Source: Candidatus Kutchimonas denitrificans
GTDB taxonomy: Bacteria > Gemmatimonadota > Gemmatimonadetes > Palauibacterales > KS3-K002
Assembly (NCBI GenBank): GCA_011774835.1
Contig: JAACAK010000067.1
Span: 24,169-88,168, forward strand
Direction: 5' to 3'
Length of the DNA: 64,000 nucleotides
Shown here piece after piece: positions 53,832 through 62,629 of this stretch. Made by a program: the position numbers and the translations under genes. The notes beneath the pieces were generated by a model. That model was given only the letters and a program-made list of their open reading frames with translations, searched no databases and was not told the DNA's origin. Position 1 is the first letter of the stretch. Every line of letters begins with the position of its first letter.

Positions 53832-53868
53832 GAGCGGCCGATCGGCGCGACGGCCCGGTGCGGACCTG

Positions 53869-55443
53869 ATGGCTCGACAGCCCTCCGAGCCCGGCAAAAC
53901 ACCGGCCCGGCTGGGACCCCTCCAGCACCCGCTGATCTGGCTCTGTGCCGCGCACGTGCTGCTGGCCGTCCTGCTGTTCGACCCGAAGCCGTTCCTGGGC
54001 GGCGACAACTACTGGTACATGCTCCTCGGCGAGAGCTTGCGGACCGGGGAAGGGTACCGTGACCTGTGGCTTCCCTCCACACCGGCTCACACTCGGTACC
54101 CTCCTCTCTATCCCGCGTTGCTGGCGTTCCTCGGGCTTATCAAGGTCTCACCGGTCCTGTTCAAGCTCTTCTCCCTGGCCTGCACGACCGCGGTCACGGC
54201 GCTGGTCTTTCTGCTGACCGAGCGGCGCACGGGGGACCGTCAGCTTGCCCTGCTCGCCGGTGGTCTGGCAGCCGCCGCGCCGATTCTGGTCGAGTACGCT
54301 CATTGGGTGCTGTCGGAGCCGCTGTTCACGGTCCTCGTGCTGGTCGCCGTCTACGCGTTCAGCCGGGATGATGCGGCCGGGGACGTGAAGATCTTCGCGG
54401 TGGGGACTGGAGCGGCGATTCTGGCCAGCCTGGCGCGCAGCGCCGGCTACCCGCTGCTGCTGGCCATCCTGGTCAGCCTGGCGGCGCGTCGGCGGTGGAA
54501 GCGCTGCGCGATCTTCCTGGGTGCGGTCATCGTGGTGCTGGGCAGCTGGTGGCTGCGTAACCGGCTGGCGGTATCGGGCGACCTACCGTACACCCAGTGG
54601 ATCTTGTTCCGTGATCCGTACCGTCCAGAACTCGGGACTGTGGGCGCCGCCGAGCTGGTCGGGCGCTTCTTCCACAACCTGCAGGCCTACGCGCTGCGCG
54701 TACTGCCTCAATCCATGGCGGGACGCGACGTGAGCGGATTCGCCGCCGGGGTGCTGGGGACCGTCGCCACCGCGCTCCCGACCGCCGCGGCGCTTCGCAA
54801 CCTGAAGCAGCTCAGGGTTACCGAGCTGTTCTTTATCTTCTACATGGGGTTGATCCTGCTGTGGCCTGAGGCCTGGTCGGACCAGCGGCTTCTGCTGCCC
54901 GCTTTGCCCGTCATCTTCGTTCTGCTGGTCGAAGGACTGGCGTGGGTGGCGGGGAAGGTCGATCGGCAGGGCAGGCGCGCGGGAGCCGTCACGTTCGTCG
55001 TGGGGGCCTTATTGGTCGCCGTAGCGGTATTGGGGAATCTGAGACTGGCGGCACGCGAGCTGGATTGCGCCCGGGCTTACTGGCGAGGGAACCGCTTCGC
55101 CTGCTACCCGGCGGCGGTGGTGGATTTCATCCGAACCGCGAACTGGACGGCCCAGAACACGGACCGGCAGGCCATCGTCGTCAACCGTAAGCCGCAGATC
55201 TTCTACTGGTACGGCCGACGCCGGGGGGACAATTATCCTTACACGGAAGACACGGATTCGGTGATGCATTTCCTGGACTCACTGGAAACCGACTACGTGA
55301 TCGTGGACCGGTGGAGCGCGACGACCTTCCGTTATCTGATCCCGGCCATCCAGGCGAACGCCGATCGATTCGGCCTCGCTCATCAGGAAGGCCAACCCGC
55401 CACCTTCTTGCTCACCTACTCCCGGTCCGGAGGTGGCCGATGA
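53869..55443 (+). CDS. GT-C fold membrane glycosyltransferase (PMT/ArnT-like), paralog 2
   Basis: FDPKPFLGGDNYWY, YPPLYP, LSEPLF, DQRLLLP; collinear with 45683-47299. Confidence 0.78.
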   Translation: MARQPSEPGKTPARLGPLQHPLIWLCAAHVLLAVLLFDPKPFLGGDNYWYMLLGESLRTGEGYRDLWLPSTPAHTRYPPLYPALLAFLGLIKVSPVLFKLFSLACTTAVTALVFLLTERRTGDRQLALLAGGLAAAAPILVEYAHWVLSEPLFTVLVLVAVYAFSRDDAAGDVKIFAVGTGAAILASLARSAGYPLLLAILVSLAARRRWKRCAIFLGAVIVVLGSWWLRNRLAVSGDLPYTQWILFRDPYRPELGTVGAAELVGRFFHNLQAYALRVLPQSMAGRDVSGFAAGVLGTVATALPTAAALRNLKQLRVTELFFIFYMGLILLWPEAWSDQRLLLPALPVIFVLLVEGLAWVAGKVDRQGRRAGAVTFVVGALLVAVAVLGNLRLAARELDCARAYWRGNRFACYPAAVVDFIRTANWTAQNTDRQAIVVNRKPQIFYWYGRRRGDNYPYTEDTDSVMHFLDSLETDYVIVDRWSATTFRYLIPAIQANADRFGLAHQEGQPATFLLTYSRSGGGR

Positions 55444-56171
55444 GGGATGCGGTCAAGCCGCAGGTCGCCAGCGACCCGATCGGTGAGGAGACGCTGCAAA
55501 TCATGCGGCACGCCAGCCGCTACAACCGCTGGATCGCCGAGCTCATACAGCCGTATCTGGGGGACAGGGTTCTCGAGGTCGGGGCGGGAATCGCCAACAT
55601 GACCCCGTTCCTGCTGCCGCGCGAATACGTGGTGGTCACCGACCCGGACCCGGCCTACCTCGCCGTACTGAAACAACGGATGGGCGATGAGCCCACGGTA
55701 GTGGTGCGCTCCCTGAAGCTTCCCTCGATCTCCGAAGACTGGAAAGCCGAGCGGCTCGATACCGCGGTGCTGCTGAATATCCTCGAGCACGTCGAGGAGG
55801 ATGTGGAGTCGCTCGTCAGCCTGACGGACATCCTGATGCCAGGCGGCCGGATCGTCGTTTTCGTTCCGGCGGTCCCGGCGCTCCACGGCTCATTGGACAG
55901 GGCGCTCAGCCATCATCGTCGCTATTCGAAGGAGGAGCTGTGGGTGAAGCTGGAGAGCGCGGGCCTGGAGGTCGAGGAGCTTCGCTACTGCAACTTCGTC
56001 GGGATGTTCGGATGGTGGTTCTATAGCCGTGTGATCCGCCGGCAGGTGCTGCCGGCGTTGCAGGTGCGGCTGTTCGATCTGATGGTTCCGCTGCTTTCGC
56101 GTCTCGAGAGGCTGGTTCACCCTCCCATCGGCCAATCGCTGCTGGCGGTGGCGCGGAAGAGCCCGCGCTAG
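55440..56171 (+). CDS. Class I SAM-dependent methyltransferase
   Basis: VLEVGAGIA, NILEHV, PGGRI..VPA, HHRRY; ATGA overlap with the upstream stop. Confidence 0.9.
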   Translation: MRDAVKPQVASDPIGEETLQIMRHASRYNRWIAELIQPYLGDRVLEVGAGIANMTPFLLPREYVVVTDPDPAYLAVLKQRMGDEPTVVVRSLKLPSISEDWKAERLDTAVLLNILEHVEEDVESLVSLTDILMPGGRIVVFVPAVPALHGSLDRALSHHRRYSKEELWVKLESAGLEVEELRYCNFVGMFGWWFYSRVIRRQVLPALQVRLFDLMVPLLSRLERLVHPPIGQSLLAVARKSPR

Positions 56172-56198
56172 TCCGCCCGATGGGGCCGGTCGGCTCCG

Positions 56199-56933
56199 CT
56201 AGGGGACCAACGCGTCCACCCGATCGGTGACATCGGAGCTCTCCAGACGACCCCCCATGACGTAGATGATCCCGTCCAGGGCGGCGGCACGGGCCTCGTA
56301 TCGGGCAACCGGCAAGGAGGGAAGCGTCAACCACTTTTCTTCCAGGGGATCGAAAGCCTCGACCTTATCGCTAACGCCTGTGTCGGCGAGGCCGCCGATG
56401 ATGTGTATCCGATCATCGAGCATGGCGAGCGCGCCCTGGTCCCGGGCGACCGGCATCGATGGAAGGGTGCTCCACGCCTCGCTCACGACATCGTAGGCGA
56501 AGACCTCGCTGGTATAACCGAATCTCGTCCTTCCACCGAAGTAGTAGACCCTGGTTCCGTAGGCGGCAGCGTGGCCCGCACGAGTCGCCGCAGGCATGGG
56601 TTGCACCTGGAACCAGCCGGGAACGTCGATCACCGCGATCGCGCTGAGAACGCCGCTGTGAGCCGTGACCCGCGTGCGGCCAGCGCCCACCCCGGTAACC
56701 CGGCCTTCCGCCGTGATCCGAGCCACGAAGCTCTTCTCCGAGTCCCACCTCACGTCCGTCGCCAGGGTGAGACGACCCGAGGCCCGCCGGGCTTGCGCCG
56801 TCAGATCCGCCTCCGCGCCGCTCGGCAAACGAAGCGTGTCCGGGCTCACCTGGAGGCCGACCACCGGGTCGGGCGTGACGACGATCGTCGCCTCGGCGGC
56901 CAGATCGTCGAGTCGCGCCCTCACAGATGTCCG
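56199..56933 (-). pseudogene. 5'-truncated Ig-like (Big_2) + Kelch-repeat gene
   Basis: Begins with only the last strands of one Big_2 repeat, then one full Big_2 and three Kelch repeats (GG...W); no signal peptide or RBS. Confidence 0.6.
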
Positions 56934-57007
56934 AACTGACGGGGCTGTGAGCGATGAATGTGTTAGGGTAGGGCGAGGAGACGGAGAGCGTCAAAAGTGG
57001 AGGCTGA

Positions 57008-57035
57008 AGGTAACATAATATGTATTATGCGCCAT
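57008..57035 (-). other. dif: dif site (XerC/XerD chromosome dimer resolution)
   Basis: Minus strand ATGGCGCATAA-TACATA-TTATGTTACCT vs E. coli GGTGCGCATAA-TGTATA-TTATGTTAAAT; lies at the gene-strand switch. Confidence 0.88.
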
Positions 57036-57105
57036 TAGCGCCTACCGCGCCTTTTCGCGCCCCACAAGGCCGGTTCCGCGCCAGACCCGCGGCCCGGGGT
57101 CCCCG

Positions 57106-57810
57106 TTACTGCCCGGCCGTGCCGCTATCGGAGCCCGAACGCACCGGTGGGACGGCCTCGGCCCGGTATTCTGCCGCCCGCATGAGGTAGAAATCATGGG
57201 CCGCGGCTTCGGGGGGCGTGATCTCCGCCAGCTGTTCGAGTATCCGGGCGGCGCCCTGGGGATCGCCGAAAGCGGCCTTCAAACGGGCGGCAGCCTGCAG
57301 CGCGCGGCTCTTCTGGACCCTAGCCTCGACCTCACGGCCGATATCCTCATATACGGCGATTGCGGCGGCGGTATCGGCGACCTCCTCGTAGGCGGCGGCC
57401 AGGAGGAACGCCGCGCGGATCGAGAGGACGTCGTGCTCCAGCTCCCGGACCGCCTCGCGGGCCGGCGCCACGGCCTCTCCCGGCCGATTCTGGAGGAGGA
57501 GCGCGTAGGCGAGGAGAACGCGGCCCTCGCGTGCGTAGGAGCTGCCGTCGTACTGAGCGATGAGGCCTCGCAGCTGTTCGACAGCCTGTGCGGGGTTGTT
57601 GTTCGCCTGGAAACGGATCGCGCGAAGCTCGCTGGAGGCGGCCTCTTCGACGCGTCGGGTGTAGTCGATGTAGTACTTGACGCTGAAGCCGATGATGGCG
57701 AGGGCAGCGATTCCGAGGACAAGAGCGCGGGTGTTGCGCTGAGCCCAGGCCCCGAACTCATAGACGGTCTGGATGAAGCGATCCTCACCCGTGGGCCGAG
57801 GTTGCGGCAT
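57106..57810 (-). CDS. Membrane-anchored TPR protein (YfgM-like)
   Basis: GAGGAG RBS; single N-terminal TM followed by Ala-rich TPR-like helices. Confidence 0.7.
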   Translation of the reverse strand: MPQPRPTGEDRFIQTVYEFGAWAQRNTRALVLGIAALAIIGFSVKYYIDYTRRVEEAASSELRAIRFQANNNPAQAVEQLRGLIAQYDGSSYAREGRVLLAYALLLQNRPGEAVAPAREAVRELEHDVLSIRAAFLLAAAYEEVADTAAAIAVYEDIGREVEARVQKSRALQAAARLKAAFGDPQGAARILEQLAEITPPEAAAHDFYLMRAAEYRAEAVPPVRSGSDSGTAGQ

Positions 57811-57818
57811 AGACTCCT

Positions 57819-58442
57819 CTATTCCCGTTGTTCACGCTTCGCGGCCAGGTAGCCGGCGGCGAAGGCGCGTGAAATGATCTCATCGTCGGCGGCCGGGCCC
57901 AGCTCTGCCGCCAGTTTCTTGATCTGTTCTCCGTGCTTGCCCCTGAACAGATCTCGTGCGGTGTCCGTAACGTCATCCGAGAGAGCGGCGGGCGGCTCGG
58001 AGGGCTCGAGATCGGGTCCGACGGCGTCGGCACCCGAAAGGAAGTCAGGAAGCCCTGCTTCGTCGACCTCGACCTCTGTGGACTCTGCGACTCGCTCGGC
58101 CCCGCTCGCCGACGCGGCTGGCGATGGCGGTGGTGCGAGCTCACCCTCCCGCTCCAGACCGGGCGAATCTTCACGGAAGACTGCGTCGATCAGCACCTCA
58201 CCCTCGGAGCGCGTTGATTCCGCCGGCTCTGGTAACTCGATGGTCGGGACGGGCTCTGCCCCGAGATCCGGTTCGGGCACCGGGGCGGTTTCCTCGACAT
58301 CGGGCGTGGCCGGGGACGGGGCCGCCTTCGGGCCGGTATCGTCCCGGTCCGTCACGAACGGGGGTTCCATGTTTTCCTGGCCGGGCCGTTCGGCCGGTGG
58401 TCCTCCGGAGCCGCCGATGAACGGCGTAGGTACGGTCGGCAC
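57819..58442 (-). CDS. Hypothetical acidic Pro/Glu-rich disordered protein with a C-terminal helical domain
   Basis: Strong RBS AAGGAGG before GTG; own promoter; stop lies 8 nt before the next ATG. Confidence 0.7.
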   Translation of the reverse strand: MPTVPTPFIGGSGGPPAERPGQENMEPPFVTDRDDTGPKAAPSPATPDVEETAPVPEPDLGAEPVPTIELPEPAESTRSEGEVLIDAVFREDSPGLEREGELAPPPSPAASASGAERVAESTEVEVDEAGLPDFLSGADAVGPDLEPSEPPAALSDDVTDTARDLFRGKHGEQIKKLAAELGPAADDEIISRAFAAGYLAAKREQRE

Positions 58443-58485
58443 GGTTCGCTTTTCCTCCTTCTGCTCGACGGGGATTCGGGCCCGA

Positions 58486-58513
58486 AATCTATATACAGGC
58501 CGGGCCGGGTCAA
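58486..58513 (-). promoter_or_regulatory. Putative sigma70 promoter
   Basis: Minus strand TTGACC-16 nt-TAGATT. Confidence 0.55.
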
Positions 58514-58528
58514 ACCCCTAAACTGGCC

Positions 58529-59164
58529 TCAGTGAACGAATTTCAGCACCAAAAAGCCAAGGATCAAAGCCACCACGAAGGCGATCGTCAGGATATTGAA
58601 GTAGCGGTCGATGAAGACGCGGATCCTGGGTCCCCAGATGCGGATCAGCGCCGCAACCAGGAAGAAGCGGGCGCCGCGGCTTACGGCTGAGATGGCGACG
58701 AAGGGGAGAAACGGAACCGCGAAGGCGCCGGCCGCGATGGTGAAAACCTTGTACGGAATGGGGGTGAAGCCGGCGGTGCCGAGGGCCAGGACCAGGTTGG
58801 CACGGTACTGTTCGCCCACGTAGAGGAAGGCGTCGCCCGCGCTGTAGAATTCGATGATCGGACGTCCAATGGTCTCGTATAGCTCGACACCGATGACGTA
58901 GCCGAAGACACCGCCCAGCACGGAGCCGGCGGTGCATAGCAGGGCGAAGTACAGGCTGCGCCGGGCCTGTCCGACGCAGAGGGCGATGAGCAGTACGTCG
59001 GGAGGGACGATGAAGAACGAGGCCTCGATAAAGGCCAGGACGAAGAGTGCCAGCGCGCCGTACGGCGTCTCGGCCCAGCTGAGCACCCAATCGTAGAGGC
59101 GTCGGACGTACCCTCTTCGGGCCCCCTCGCCCACCGACGCTTTGTGCGAGAGGCCTGCTACCAT
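58529..59164 (-). CDS. YqaA/DedA (SNARE-associated) membrane protein
   Basis: RRLYDWV, EASFFIVPPD, GFTPIPYKVFTIAAG, SRGARF. Confidence 0.9.
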   Translation of the reverse strand: MVAGLSHKASVGEGARRGYVRRLYDWVLSWAETPYGALALFVLAFIEASFFIVPPDVLLIALCVGQARRSLYFALLCTAGSVLGGVFGYVIGVELYETIGRPIIEFYSAGDAFLYVGEQYRANLVLALGTAGFTPIPYKVFTIAAGAFAVPFLPFVAISAVSRGARFFLVAALIRIWGPRIRVFIDRYFNILTIAFVVALILGFLVLKFVH

Positions 59165-59847
59165 GGGTTCACCTCTTCCCCGCTTTCCTTCGAGCCCCCC
59201 AGTTGCTTGAAATCGACGAATCGTACCTGGGCGATGACCTCGTCCCTTACACTTCCATCCTGGGTTCGTTCGATCCTGTGAAGCGCTTGCGATTCCCCGT
59301 CACCAATCGGGATGAGCAGTCGGCCTCCGACGGCGAGCTGATCGACCAGCGGTTCGGGGACATCTCGAGCGCGCGCGGTGACGAGGATCGCGTCGTAGGG
59401 TGAATACCGCCGCCAGCCGTACCTTCCGTCTCCGGCACGGACCGCCACGTGGGTCAGGCCGAGCGCTTCGATTCGTGCTCGGGCCTTGGCGGCCAGCTGG
59501 GGCACGAGTTCGATGGAGAAGACGTGGGCGCAGAGGCAGGCCAGCAGTGCCGTCTGGAAGCCCGAACCGGTGCCGACCTCCAGGGCCCGTTCTCCGCCCT
59601 GCAGGCGTAGCGCCTGCAGATAGAGGGCGTGAGTGGTGGGACGCGATATCGTCTGGCCGTGACCGAGGGGCAGCGCTTCGTCCGCATAAGCGCGGGCCTG
59701 GAAGCGCTCGGGCACGAAGAGGTGTCGAGGCACCTGGTCGAACGCCTGAAGCACCGCCAGGTCGGTGATGCCACCCTGGCGGAGCCGCTCGATCAGACGG
59801 CGGCGACTCTCCTGATACGCCGTCAGCTCTCGAGGGTCAAATCCCAC
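59158..59847 (-). CDS. pcm: Protein-L-isoaspartate O-methyltransferase
   Basis: VPRHLFV, GQTIS, LEVGTGSGFQTA, GDG..GW, QL..GGRL; GTG 59847 after GAGGAG. Confidence 0.93.
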   Translation of the reverse strand: MGFDPRELTAYQESRRRLIERLRQGGITDLAVLQAFDQVPRHLFVPERFQARAYADEALPLGHGQTISRPTTHALYLQALRLQGGERALEVGTGSGFQTALLACLCAHVFSIELVPQLAAKARARIEALGLTHVAVRAGDGRYGWRRYSPYDAILVTARARDVPEPLVDQLAVGGRLLIPIGDGESQALHRIERTQDGSVRDEVIAQVRFVDFKQLGGSKESGEEVNPW

Positions 59848-60596
59848 GTCTGGATCTCCTCGATCAGCCGGTAATCGGTAAGGTCCAGGTGAAGCGGTGT
59901 CAGCGAGATATACCCCGCCGCCACGGCCCTGAAATCCGAGTCGTCGCGACCCGACCACTCGCTCTTGCCGCCGCCGATCCAGAAGTACTCGCGCCCGTAC
60001 GGGTCGCGCATGCGGGTCAGCGACTCGAGGTACACGCGGCGCCCCAGGCTGGCCACGCGAACGCCTCGGATCTCGGCCGGCCCGATCGACGGTATGTTGA
60101 TGTTGAGCAACGTGCCGGCCGGAAAGCCGGAGCGCCGGGCTATCCCGGTGAGCAACTTCTCGAGCAACGGTTCGTATTCATCACCGGGCGGCTCGAAGTC
60201 GTCGCTGGCGAATGAAAGGGCGACGGATGGGATCCCCAGCAGCGTGCTTTCCATGGCGGCGGCCACGGTCCCTGAGTAGAGCACGTCCTCCCCCAGGTTG
60301 GGCCCGTGGTTCACGCCGGAGAGCACCAGATCGGGGGCACGATCGCCGATCGCACCGCCCAGGGCGAGGAGGACGCAGTCGGTGGGGGTTCCGTCGACGT
60401 GGTAAAGGCCGTCCTGCGTTTGCCTCACCCGGAGGGGCCGATTCACGGTGAGTGAGTGGCTGGTTGCGCTCTGCTCGCGGTCGGGAGCAACGACCGTGAC
60501 GTCACCGAGACGAGCCGCGACACGGCTCAGCAGTGTCAGGCCGGGCGCCAGGTACCCGTCGTCGTTGGTGCAGAGGATCTGCGTGGCCAGCATCAC
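59823..60596 (-). CDS. surE: 5'/3'-nucleotidase SurE
   Basis: TNDDG, VAPD..QSA, GTPTDCV, SGVNHG.N, YSGTVAAA. Confidence 0.96.
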   Translation of the reverse strand: MMLATQILCTNDDGYLAPGLTLLSRVAARLGDVTVVAPDREQSATSHSLTVNRPLRVRQTQDGLYHVDGTPTDCVLLALGGAIGDRAPDLVLSGVNHGPNLGEDVLYSGTVAAAMESTLLGIPSVALSFASDDFEPPGDEYEPLLEKLLTGIARRSGFPAGTLLNINIPSIGPAEIRGVRVASLGRRVYLESLTRMRDPYGREYFWIGGGKSEWSGRDDSDFRAVAAGYISLTPLHLDLTDYRLIEEIQTWDLTLES

Positions 60597-60961
60597 TCCT
60601 TGGCGCGAGGCTCTTCGAGGGTATCGAGCAGTTGGTGGACTCCCTCTCGCAAGCGCGCGAGGGCTTGACGATCGAGGGCGGCGCTGGCGACTTTGTCCAG
60701 CTCTCCGCCCTCGCGGAGCTTTTCCAACCTCTGTCGCGCGCCGTCGATCGTATATTTCTCGTCGTAGAGCAGGTGTTTGACCAGCTCGATGATCTTGATC
60801 TCGCGCGCACGATAGACTCGATTTCCGGCCCGATTCTTCGAGGGGCTGAGTTCCTTGAACTGCGTCTCCCAGTAGCGGAGCACGTGTGGCTTGAGCCCCG
60901 CCATCTCGCAGACTTCCCCGATGGAGAAGTACTCGCGACGAGCGATGCGGTCATGTCGCAT
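60593..60961 (-). CDS. MerR-family HTH regulator (surE-linked type)
   Basis: YFSIGEV, PHVLRYWETQF, GNRVY, YTIDGA. Confidence 0.9.
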   Translation of the reverse strand: MRHDRIARREYFSIGEVCEMAGLKPHVLRYWETQFKELSPSKNRAGNRVYRAREIKIIELVKHLLYDEKYTIDGARQRLEKLREGGELDKVASAALDRQALARLREGVHQLLDTLEEPRAKE

Positions 60962-61964
60962 CGGCGCCTCCCCACAGCTCGGGTTTCGGCTCCCGCAGCA
61001 TCAGATCAGCGGTGGCCTGACGGGGCGACTTCCCGTTGAAGAGGATGTGGTGTACTTCATCGACGATCGGCATCTCGACCCCGTGTCGCGACGCCAGCTC
61101 GCGCGCCGCTCGGGTCGTGCGCACGCCCTCCGCCACGGACCTCATGCCCGAGAGAATGTCGTCCAGCGACTCACCCTCCCCCAGCCGCACGCCCACGGTC
61201 CGGTTGCGGCTCAGCTCCGCGTTGCAGGTGAGCACCAGGTCGCCCAACCCCGCCAGTCCGGCGAACGTCGTGGCCTTCGCGCCCATGGCGAGGCCCAGGC
61301 GCGTCATCTCGGCCAGGCCGCGGGTGATGAGCGCGGCGCGACTGTTGTGGCGGTAGCCCAACCCCACGGTAATCCCCGACGCCAGCGCGATGATGTTCTT
61401 GAGGGCGGCGGCCAGCTCCACGCCGGGAATGTCGTCGTTGGTATAGACGCGAAAGCGCTCGGTATTGAAGAACTCCTGGACGAAACGCGCCACGTCGGCG
61501 TCCCGGGAGGCAGCGACGATCGCCGTCGGATCCCCCTCCGCCACTTCCACGGCGAAGCTGGGCCCACAGAGCACGGTGGGCTCGTGCTCGGGCAGGAGCT
61601 CGATCAGGATCTCGCTGGGACGCTCCAGCGTATCGATCTCGATCCCCTTGGTGGCCGTCACCAGCCGCGCATCGGCCGGCACGTGTGGCGCCGCCTCGCT
61701 CATGACCTGCCGGTACCATTGCGAGGGAACCACCGCGACGACGAGCTCCGCTTCCTCCAGCGACTCGGCGTGATCCCGATACACCTCGATCGTGTCGGGC
61801 AGCCGGACGCCCGGCAGGTAGTCCAGGTTCTCGTGCCGGTCGGCGATACCCTCCGCCACCGAGGCCTCGTAGCACCAGAGGCGAACGCGGTGACCTTTTT
61901 CGGCCAGGACTTTCGCCAGTGCGGTACCCCAGCTCCCTGCCCCGATGACGGTCGCTCTGCCCAT
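60951..61964 (-). CDS. gpsA: NAD(P)H-dependent glycerol-3-phosphate dehydrogenase
   Basis: GAGSWGTALA, GPSFA.EV, ALKN, GLGDLVLTC, SRN, VAEG. Confidence 0.96.
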   Translation of the reverse strand: MGRATVIGAGSWGTALAKVLAEKGHRVRLWCYEASVAEGIADRHENLDYLPGVRLPDTIEVYRDHAESLEEAELVVAVVPSQWYRQVMSEAAPHVPADARLVTATKGIEIDTLERPSEILIELLPEHEPTVLCGPSFAVEVAEGDPTAIVAASRDADVARFVQEFFNTERFRVYTNDDIPGVELAAALKNIIALASGITVGLGYRHNSRAALITRGLAEMTRLGLAMGAKATTFAGLAGLGDLVLTCNAELSRNRTVGVRLGEGESLDDILSGMRSVAEGVRTTRAARELASRHGVEMPIVDEVHHILFNGKSPRQATADLMLREPKPELWGGADAT

Positions 61965-61966
61965 TC

Positions 61967-62629
61967 TCACGCCTCGCTGGCCGCCTTGCCGGTTCCGATT
62001 TCCGATTCCGAGGTCGCCTCCGCCGACATCCCTCGCTCCGCCCGAGCCGTCCGCGGCTCGCGGCCTGCCGCCAGCCGCCGCAGGTTGGACCGATGCGTCC
62101 ACCAGACGAAGCAGGTCAGCGGCAAGCTAGACCAGAAGACGAAGTCGAAGCCGTTCCCCGACACCCAGATGAGGATGGGAAACGCCGAAGCCGCCAACAG
62201 CGACCCCACGGACGCGATTCGGATCGTGAGCATGACGACCAGCCAGATGACCGCGGCCATCGCCACCGCCAGCGGGGCCAGCGCCAGATAGACGCCGGCG
62301 CCCGTGGCCACTCCCTTGCCGCCGCGAAACTTGACCCAGATCGAAAAGACGTGACCGAGAATCGCGGCCACGCCGTAGGCCAGCGCCAGCTGCGGTGCGT
62401 CGACGCCGTCCAATCGAACGAAGTACCACGCCGGAACGAAGCCTTTCCCCACATCGATCAGGGCACACAGAAACGCGAGGGGCAGTCCGACCGCCCGATA
62501 CAGGTTGGTGGCGCCGAGGTTGCCGCTTCCCCACCGCCGCAGGTCGATCCCGCGGAGCCGTGCCAGCAACAGGCTCGTTGGCGTCGAGCCCAGCAGATAA
62601 GCCAGGACCAGCAGGCCGATCAGGATCAT
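61967..62629 (-). CDS. plsY: Acyl-phosphate:glycerol-3-phosphate acyltransferase
   Basis: YLLGS, GSGNLGATN, FRGGKGVAT, HRSN. Confidence 0.95.
   Translation of the reverse strand: MILIGLLVLAYLLGSTPTSLLLARLRGIDLRRWGSGNLGATNLYRAVGLPLAFLCALIDVGKGFVPAWYFVRLDGVDAPQLALAYGVAAILGHVFSIWVKFRGGKGVATGAGVYLALAPLAVAMAAVIWLVVMLTIRIASVGSLLAASAFPILIWVSGNGFDFVFWSSLPLTCFVWWTHRSNLRRLAAGREPRTARAERGMSAEATSESEIGTGKAASEA

Noticed and set aside
53675..53868. 6S RNA, SRP RNA or tRNA in this gap or other intergenic gaps
   Set aside because: No cloverleaf/T-loop, SRP GGAA loop or 6S-type rod recognisable
56960..56975. GTTAGGG near dif as an integron attC core
   Set aside because: No matching RYYYAAC inverse core or attC hairpin, and no integron integrase
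59158..59847. Divergent Pcm motifs (QTISRPTTHA, VTARA) as a pseudoenzyme
   Set aside because: SAM-binding motifs and surE linkage are intact; the changes are too minor to support a claim
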